The notes below the pieces were generated by a model that was not told the DNA's origin, did no database searches, and saw only the letters and a program-made list of their open reading frames with translations. Source: Utricularia gibba (taxonomy: Eukaryota; Plantae; Magnoliophyta). Taken from it: a DNA stretch of 64,000 bases. The stretch covers positions 2,108,001 to 2,172,000 of the forward strand of contig NEEC01000004.1 of the NCBI GenBank assembly GCA_002189035.1, given 5' to 3'. Position numbers and translations under genes: made by a program. This document shows positions 55,421-64,000 of this stretch, piece by piece (the first letter of the stretch is position 1; each line of letters opens with the position of its first letter).

Positions 55421-55819
55421 AAAAAAAAACTTTTAAATCCTAAATCAATTTTAATGTAAATTTCCTAGCATTGACTATGAAATTGTTTTTTATGCTCAAT
55501 CCATTCATCAATTCTAAGATTGTCCAGATGGAAATGGCTCAACCAACTGATGAATTTTGCTTTGAAAAGAAGACACTCTGCATTTCGGAACTGCTGCTGT
55601 CGGTTGTTCTTTTTTATGGGGTTCCCCATTGTTTTCAGTTCATTATCCATCATCGCGCTTAAACATGTAATGCAGATTTTAGGCTGGATCTCCTTATTTG
55701 ATATCTGGTTCACTAGGGAGGGATTATGTAGATTTGACAGAAGAGGGGGGATATTTGGGACCTAGAAGCATTCGCTCTTATGGGAAATGGGAACCGCATC
55801 CAGCTCCAAACGGCTTTCC

Positions 55820-57070
55820 TTAGTTCTTGGTCCAGAGCAGCTGGAGGTCAATGGTGGTGAGATGTTCATCATCAAGCCGCTTCCATGTCTTGATGGACTC
55901 CACGGCTCCCCAGGATCCGTCAGCCTTGTTTTTCTCCAAGGATACCGACACCATCCTCGTCCTTCTCGACCATCCCGCTAACCCGTACGCATGATAACCA
56001 AATCCTCCGGCGTAGCACAGATTTATGTCTTCCAACCTGCCGCAGAAGTCGTTGAGGTGATCGTGGCCCACGAAAACAGCCTTCACATCACGGGCCCTCT
56101 TCAAGGTCTTGAAAAAACCCGAGTTTATTGTAGCGCTGCTGATTGGATCCTGTTTCACACCCACCCTCTCCGATGGGTCGATGTCGCCGTATTCTGGCAA
56201 TGGAATGTGGAAATACGCTAGCCCAGGAGCTGCCTTCTTCTGGGGCTCCGACTTTTCCCTGTACTTCCTCTGCACCAGAGATGGTTACAAAGTAATCCTC
56301 AATACAACTATTTTCTAGGACGAGTCTACCTTGAGTTCTGTTGAAGTACGCTTGAACCAGTGCTGCTGGGAGGGTTTAATCCAGCCGTATCCAGGAATGG
56401 AAGGAACGGTAGAGTAGTCGCCGCTGTCGAGGAAATACAGATTGAGGACTGATTTATTAGCAAAGTTTGTACCTTGGACGCCATGAACCTCCAAATTGTA
56501 GTTCCCGAATCCATCAATGCCGCGGGCGTCAGGGGGATTCATCTTAGATAAGGTGTTCTTCATTCCCACGATGTGTTTCATCACTCCTTCCCTAGACAGA
56601 GGACCTTCCTGGTCGTGATTCCCCAGAACAGCAGCCCATGGAATGTTGGAGGATGCCGCAGGGCCGAGCCCGTTGTCCAGCGACGCCGCGGCGTTACTCG
56701 AATCAAGCTGATATATATTGTCCCCTGAAGCATTCAAAAGCGATAGGCGACTCAGTGACCCCTGAATTCGTTAAAACCCCTTGATAATAACTCTCACACA
56801 AACCGGTGAAAACAATCAGGTCGGGATTCTCGGCGGCCATGACGCGGTTGAGGAAGGCGGTGGTGTTGAGATCAGAGCACCATGCCATTTGATACCGAAA
56901 CACATCGCGGCAAGGGTTGTTCTGCCGTCGGCGTAGTGCATATCGGCCACTTGGAGAATGCGGAACTCGCCTCTTTGAGCATCGAACTTGAGCTTGGCTC
57001 CGGCTGAATGGATGGTGCCCAGAAGAGCAGCAGCCAGCAGTATGAACACCGCTGCCATGTTGTCGCACAT
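55820..57070 (-). CDS. Purple acid phosphatase-like metallophosphoesterase (PAP14/28/29 clade); apparent 1-nt frameshift in exon 1
   Basis: Exons 57070 (or 57058)-56804, 56724-56330, 56269-55820. Signal peptide, ADMHY, TGDN, LGNHDQE, YFHIPLPE, FVGHDHLNDFCG, GGFGYHAYG, TWKRLDD. The frame break lies at 56914-56916. Confidence 0.88.
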
Positions 57071-57770
57071 TGCAGGCTGAATTGCGTGGCGAATGAATCA
57101 CGAGGAGAGTCACTTTTGGCGAAAGTCATCCCCATTGTTGTCTTTTTATATCACGATTGACAGATAGGTAGATTGGATCTGGATCGTTCCCACTTGTCTT
57201 CACGCGGTAAGCCATTTTTTAAAGCTGGGTGAAGAACAATAGAGAGTGATTGCTTGACTCTTTGAAATGATTATTAATAGTTGTTTAATTTCCATAGAAG
57301 AATTGGAAGGTTAAATATTATCCAAACCCAAGTTACCCATCCCTTATGCCACCATCGTCTAAAGAAAGATTTCATCATTGACTTTTATACTACAAGTGTA
57401 CTAGTAATCTGATATGGATATATAAATTTGAAAATATGAGGACAATATCACAGGTTGCGTTTTTGTAAATTGTCATATGTTTTTTTATATTTTATATAAT
57501 ATCACAACCTTAAGTTTTTATTTGTACAATATCATAATTTAGTTGAATTCTAATTATTATATAATAAGAAATATAAGTTAAATTAATTTAAAATTTATAT
57601 ACTAAAAAATTATAAAAAACTATATTACTTTAAAAAAAATTAATGAAATTGGAAAATAGCATAGGCTATGGACAGCTCGAGCTTGGATGATATTTACTTA
57701 AGAGATTGTTTGATAGTAAGGAGTTAAAAATTTCTATCTAAATTTACATATAAAAAGTTGTTTAATTAAC

Positions 57771-57792
57771 TATATATATATATATATATATA
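57771..57792. repeat. (TA)11 microsatellite
   Basis: Read directly from the sequence. Confidence 0.9.
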
Positions 57793-58099
57793 ATACTCCT
57801 ATATAACTATATTATTCAAATATTCATTTTTTGAGTATATGGATGATATATACAAATGAAGTAGATGGAAGATAAGGATGATTAATTATGTCTATATTAA
57901 AGTATTTTTTTATTTATATTCCTTCAAAAATTATTTTTCCTCTCAAATTTTAACCATTATGTTTTTCTTGTAGATCTTTTTCTGTTCATCTCTTCATAAA
58001 TCAAACGGTAGCTTCCCAATTGGTGTGCAACATGCCTATATTCAACTTGTAAATAACATCCAAAATATAAGTTGAACATTGAAATGTAAAATAACAAAA

Positions 58100-58102
<3 letters not shown>

Positions 58103-58130
<28 letters not shown>
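58103..58130. repeat. (AT)14 microsatellite
   Basis: Read directly from the sequence. Confidence 0.9.
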
Positions 58131-58135
<5 letters not shown>

Positions 58136-58929
58136 CATATTCACTTTTCAATATTGATTTAAATATTAATTTAAAATATTTCGTAAATTTTATATTATAT
58201 TTTTTAAAATATTACTTTATTATTAAAAGAAATAGAATAGGTTAATATTGAATTAGGGGAATTTAGCAATTCACTTTCCAGAATTTATGGTATTTTACAA
58301 AGTTAAACTAAAAATATGGTATTCTACTAATATATTTATAGAATAAAATTTTTTCTGTTTAAAACATTTAGTATAAATGGTGAAAACAAGGGCATACGTT
58401 TATTAAATACTAACACATGTTGGACCGCTCCCTAGTTTTGAATTAGTCTGACGTGGCTATAGTCAATGGCTTTTCACATCACTACCATCTTGTGAAAGTA
58501 ATAATAATTGACACAAGTATTGATTCCATGTTCTAAATAAGTAGGCCATAGTGTGTGTGACTTTTTTTGTAACTTGTGCTTAAGTGTTAACTAGATATTA
58601 TTAGATAATTAGATTGTAAATAAATGATACTGGTAGGCAATGTCATTGTTTAAATTATTTTTAAGTAACTGAAGGTAGAATATAAGTAGATTATAAATTA
58701 CATTTATATTTTTATTTTACATTCAAATGCCATACGTTCTTTGATATTAGCAATAATATATTGAAATAATAAACATAATTTGTAAGATATCATTACAATC
58801 TTTTTCTATCATGAGCTATCCATAACTCATCTTAAATAAATTCTAGTAGAATGTAAATAAATTGATCTATACTCTCATCCCCATTTTCTGAAAACAAGAA
58901 AGATAATATTCAATGTTCAAAATATATAT

Positions 58930-59520
58930 CTAGAGAAACTTCGATGAAGAAGTAGCATTCAACTTTGTTGGAAATACATCATTGAATGCTAAGCTTGGCT
59001 TCTTGTTCAACAAATTTACACCGACACATGCTTCTTTTGCCTCTTATCCAATAAACTTGCATTGATTTTTTGGGTTTTGTCAAAGACATAAAAACCTCTC
59101 GAATGTGTTAATATTTGAATAATTTTAAGGCCTACATATAGGGAATACTTCTATTTTGAGTGATAGGGGTGTCGTAAAGGAGTTGAACACACTTCTCGAT
59201 CAAAAACTTGAAAGCTTTTGTACTCTCTATTCCAATCTTTGCAAAAGTAGTATTCATTATCTTTGAAAACTTTGAAATCCAATCATTTTTGCTCTGTTTC
59301 AAAGTTCTCCATTTTGGATTCATCACCTGACTACTACTTTGAATCGGAGTTATTTTCTCATAATATAAAGTTCTTATCTCATATGGGTAGGCATTATTTT
59401 AAATGGTTGAGAAAATTCATCTGCATCTAATGTAGCTTTAGGAAAAAACAGAATATAGAGTTCTTATATCATATGGGCTGGCCTAACAACTCACTATTTG
59501 ATAAATGGATATCTATAGTT
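58930..59520 (-). mobile_element. Heavily degraded Copia integrase remnant
   Basis: Minus-strand peptides QLLYDTPITQN (like YTPQQN) and EAKEACVGVNLLNKKPS (like EAVxTAxYLINRxPS). Confidence 0.5.
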
Positions 59521-61129
59521 GATACATATCACTTCATGCCATAGTGTATAACTGGATCAAACACTTGAGGTTAACTCTTGATGTAGGTGTGTTTTGTCTT
59601 TGAAATTTTTGAATGATGAATTTTGGTGAAAAGAAACATAAATGGAATCAATTTGATATTGAAAGGAAACATAAAACAATCGAGACTCACAAAAACTCAT
59701 TTCAAGTAAATAAAAACTTACATGTATACAAACAATCTATCATAGTGCATTCATATTTATAATACCATTTTTGTATGAAATCCTATACAAAATGTATCAA
59801 ACAATTTTTTTTTCCCCAAAGTGTCCATTTGGTGCGAAACACATTGTGGTAATTCTTGATACACTTCATGTCGTAGATGATTTGAAATTTTGGTTGATAG
59901 CATTTTTTTTTATATTTTTCCAGTCAATGAATTTAAAGTTATTGTTGGTCAATAAACTTTTGTAATCTCCTTAACCATTCCCTCTAAAGATAGTATAATT
60001 TTTAATCCCACTTGGCTTTTATAGCCTTTTTCTTCATTGGAACTTTGCACATGTTGTTTTCCATCTACCATAGTTGAAAACACATTATTCCAAACAATAA
60101 CAATTCAATTAAATAAATTGACAGCAAAGAAAATGTACATCATGCTTATAAAATAGAAATTTTCAGGATCATCAAAAGGAAGTATAAAAAAATGAATTAG
60201 AGGAAAGATGAATTAACACAAAGACAAAAAAACTATTTTTTTTACAATGTAGAAACTAAAATTGTTATTGGAACTTTAAATATAACTTCTGTTCTGGAGC
60301 TTTTAACTGAGTTTTAGATGTTTTCCTACTTGCAAATTGAAACACAAAACACTATAGTATTAACTAATAAAGCACATCAATAATAATAAAATTGATTTGA
60401 TATAGCGATGTAATTGAAGATAACATGTTTGTAGATTTGAAGTTGAAAAATATTACATACCACAATGGAATAACACAACAATGACAAAAAACTAATACTT
60501 GATATAGAAAAACATTGATAAATACAAATTTTTCACGTCATCATCTAATTAATAAATTCACATATCAAATAAATTTATAAATCTAATTCTCAATTAAACA
60601 CCAATCAAATGTAAACATATACTAGAATTGAAGTCTAACACAAACAGCAAAAGCTTGCTCAATAAAGATCAATACATTTTGTTTTCTCATAATAAGATAT
60701 TAAATTTATAGAACTAACATAGTTCAAATGGTAAAATTCAATAAATATATTAAACAAAGCAAATCAGATTATAGTCCAAAAGGAAGAAATGTGATGCCTT
60801 TAGGTTCAAAATATGGTATTCTCATCATTAACTCAATTCCATTCCAACGAAAATCGATTATACAACTAAAGATTTAACTTTACATAAAACTTTTTTGCCC
60901 TAAGTTTTGATCTATTGTCGATTAAGTGTTACATGGTGAACCTAATGTGATGCTCAATCTACACACAAAAAAATTTCATGGACTCTTCATTCTCAAGCTC
61001 CATGAAAAATGTATTCTTTCAACCATCCCCTATCCTCAATGGAAGTTTTGTGAAATATGTCAATTGGTCAAAGAAATTGGCAAACTACTTTTGTGCATGC
61101 AAACTCAAGGATGTCTTTGATCTTACTCT

Positions 61130-62090
61130 ATAAGAACCGCTCGCTATAGAGAAAGAAAAAGAAACCTGGAACAACACACTCAACAAACTCAATCTCTACA
61201 TAACCAAGCCGTGGTGGAGGATGTATATGATGTAATCAACATCTGCATCTTACCACTGGAAGTATGGAAAACAGTGAACCAGAAGAAATCTCAAAAAATG
61301 CAGCATTCATAAAAGATGATGAAAACACAACTGCAATATTGCCTCTTGGGTTTATTTCTAGACAACTTATTGAGGTGACTAAAGAGTACATGGAAAGTAA
61401 AACTCACTAATATGAGTTTGATGATAATATTATTCATCATTTCCAAAACAACAATTCTAGTGATCACGAAGACTATTTTAGTGAGTTAGACATACATGTA
61501 GTAAAGAAATGCCAGTCCCTACTATTGGTAGCAACTGTATAATATTTGAAGGTCAAAGGATTGCAGAAATAATGCAATTTCCAAAATAGAAGAAATCCAT
61601 GAATGATGAACTTAATTCTATCCATGATCATGTCGTATGGGAAGTGGTAGAGAAACATGAAGTCACCAAAATCTTGAGATTGAAATGGCTACACAAAGAA
61701 AAATTAAATGTGATGAAACTCATAACATGTTTAAGTCTCGCATAGTGGTTAAAAGTTACACTTCAACAAGCAAGCATTTATTGCGAGACATTTGCACCAA
61801 TTGCTCGACTTGACACTACTAAATTGATTATTACTCTGGTTACTTGCAACAATTGGAAGCTTCACTACCTTGATATTAAATGTGTATTCCTAAATAGAGA
61901 ACTGCAAGAGGATATATATGTTTACCCCCTCCCAATTATGAAATTAAGGATGAGAAGAAGAAAGTTTTAAACTTAAGAAACTCTTCTATGTACTGAAACA
62001 AGCTCCTAAAAAGTGGTATTCTATCATTGACTGCTATTTTATCGAGTTTAGCTATACTAGATGCAATAATAATACAACACTCTATTTATT
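61130..62090 (+). mobile_element. Degraded Copia reverse transcriptase remnant
   Basis: MNDELNSIHDHVVWEVV..LKWLHKEKLN and ETFAPIARLDTTKLII..WKLHYLDIKCVFLNRELQEDIYV, with stops and frameshifts. Confidence 0.8.
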
Positions 62091-62200
62091 ATCCAATAGT
62101 ATATCAAGTTGTGCTATATAATAGAGTATAGCAACAATTTCAAATATGATACAACAATGCTATTTTATTTAGTGGTATTTATTATCCGATTTTTCAACTT

Positions 62201-63855
62201 GTGCTTTTGTGTATTTGTAAAATTTCGTTTGCTTTTTATCATTATCAAACTGATTGTGATTTTTTGAGAGATATAGTGCGAAATATGAGAAATATGTTTT
62301 TGAAATATTTTGATAAAATCCCACATTTGTTTCTTATTACACCTATTTTGGATCCTCGGGTTAAGTTTAGAGGTGTGAAAACATTACTTAAATGCATTTC
62401 AGAGTCATTTGGTGCAGATGATGTTGCTTTTTCCATTAAAAATTGTGAAGAAATAGATGTTGATGCTAACAATGTTTTACGTGCCATGTATTCCATTTAT
62501 GCTTCTAAATATAGTGATCTTAGTGTTCATATTCCTAAAACATGTAATAATTCGATATTTGGCAGTCGCAATCCGATGGACATTATTCGTAGAAAACATA
62601 GCTCATTTGTGTCATCCTCTTCATCATCTTCATTAAATTTTGTTGATCAAATTACACTTTACAATAATACTCCTATTGTTGAGGGTGTTGATGATGACAA
62701 CTTTGATATATTGGGTTGGTGGAAGACAAATTTTACTATTTACCCTATCTCGGTTAGAATGACCAAAGATCTTCTAACACCTTCAGCATCTACAGTCGCA
62801 TCCGAAAGTGCATTTTGTGCAGAGGGACGAGTTCGTAATCACAAGCGGTCCAAGTTGAACGTAGAGACCCTGGAGGCATGCATTTGTCTAAAGGATTGGC
62901 TAGAGGCATTGAAAAGAAATCAAACATTATTTTCAAGTTCAAGTGAAGATGAAGTTGAAGACTCCTAATTTAAAAACATTGTATGCTTCATGAAGTAGTA
63001 ATAGTACGTTGTATTCATGCCTTTCATTAAAATTATATGATCTGGGCACTTACCGAAACCTTTGGATACATCCTCACCAGGCACCCACATGAGCAAATGT
63101 GGGTGCCTAGAATATGGTTGCACACATAAGGATAGAACATAAGGATAGAGTGCAATATTTTTGTTAAAATAAATAATGCACTCGATTCTTATCATTCCTA
63201 AAGATAGAGTGTCTGGAATATGGTTGCACATTCGTAGACACCCTTCTGAGGCATCCACATGAGAGAAGTGGATGTTTGGAAAAAAAACTGTCTCAAACAC
63301 CCCCTCCCAAACATCCTAATGAGCAAATATGGGTGCTTGGAAATGGTCTCACCCGCTCTTCCTAGACACCCATGTGAGGCATTGTGGGTGTCTGGAAAAG
63401 GGTATCCTACTATCTAGACACTCACACGAGGCAATGTGGGTGTCTGGAATATGGTCTAAGCGATAGATGAATATTCTTTATTTACTTAAATTTTATTTCA
63501 ATGTTTAATTCACATGTGATTTAATTTTTTTATAATATTTAGGATATATTAAAAAATTTCATTTTCAAATTTTTATGTTTCAATTAATGCACGAAAAAAA
63601 AAATTATAATTTGGAAAATTAAGTCTTCTTTCAAAATTGTGCAATTCCCAAATATTAGGGTATGGGTACCTAGATAATACAATTTTACGGGTAACGGTGC
63701 CAGTCGCCCACATTAGCGACTCTGGGTGCCTCAAAATTGGAGTAATTAAACAATACTTCCAAAAGAATTACACAGTGGGTTCGCATCGAAAATTTTCTTA
63801 GCTCTTTCCCCCTCCCCCCAGCCGAGAGCGACCGGACACCCCCACAGTCCCACTA
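62201..63855 (+). mobile_element. 3' part of a hAT DNA transposon (C-terminal transposase fragment plus subterminal repeats)
   Basis: ORF 62201-62968 with PILDPRVK and the dimerisation domain FDILGWWK..YP..KDLL..STVASESAF..KRSKL..LEACICLKDW. It is followed by at least five gggtg(t/c)ctggaa-like repeats at 63040-63460. The putative end ...cccacta at 63855 is tentative. Confidence 0.85.
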
Positions 63856-64000
63856 CCTACTTGGAGTATTATTTAAATTAAACAAGGTAAGTGATTAATT
63901 TACCACCATGGGTTACTAATCTGTGTTCCAAATTGAAATACCTTGTCCAATTATTGTAGTTTGATTTTTTATACAATATCTATGGATGTTTTGTAAATGT

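Noticed and set aside
60325-60332. cctacttg as the left TSD of the hAT element ending at 63855
   Set aside because: Not followed by a matching TIR, so likely chance.

Overview
Plant (eudicot-like, AT-rich) nuclear genomic DNA containing nine protein-coding genes separated by TE-derived intergenic DNA. In order: GT-2-type double-trihelix TF (-), GT-gamma trihelix TF (-), ROH1/DUF793 protein (+), cupredoxin/early-nodulin-like GPI-anchored protein (-), group X ERF of ABR1 type (+), ESV1 starch-binding protein (+), BSK1-like kinase (+), plastid type-A FtsH protease (-) and PAP29-like metallophosphoesterase (-). Exon boundaries were derived by hand from splice signals plus remembered family consensus, and each was checked for frame. 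TEs include a decayed Copia element (about 0.9-6.8 kb) with a nested solo LTR, a related solo LTR at 38.5 kb, several MITEs (two with clear TSDs) and a hAT transposase 3' half. Most notable: (i) the family-typical Met-Cys N-terminus of the ABR1-like ERF appears ACG-initiated and out of frame; (ii) three genes each lack exactly one base, which may be assembly error; (iii) the BSK gene has two consecutive GC-AG introns, one only 59 nt; (iv) a hidden GPI-signal exon whose intron retention would give a secreted isoform; (v) two tightly convergent gene pairs. No tRNA, rRNA or CRISPR features were seen. No database search could be run, so family assignments rest on recalled motifs.
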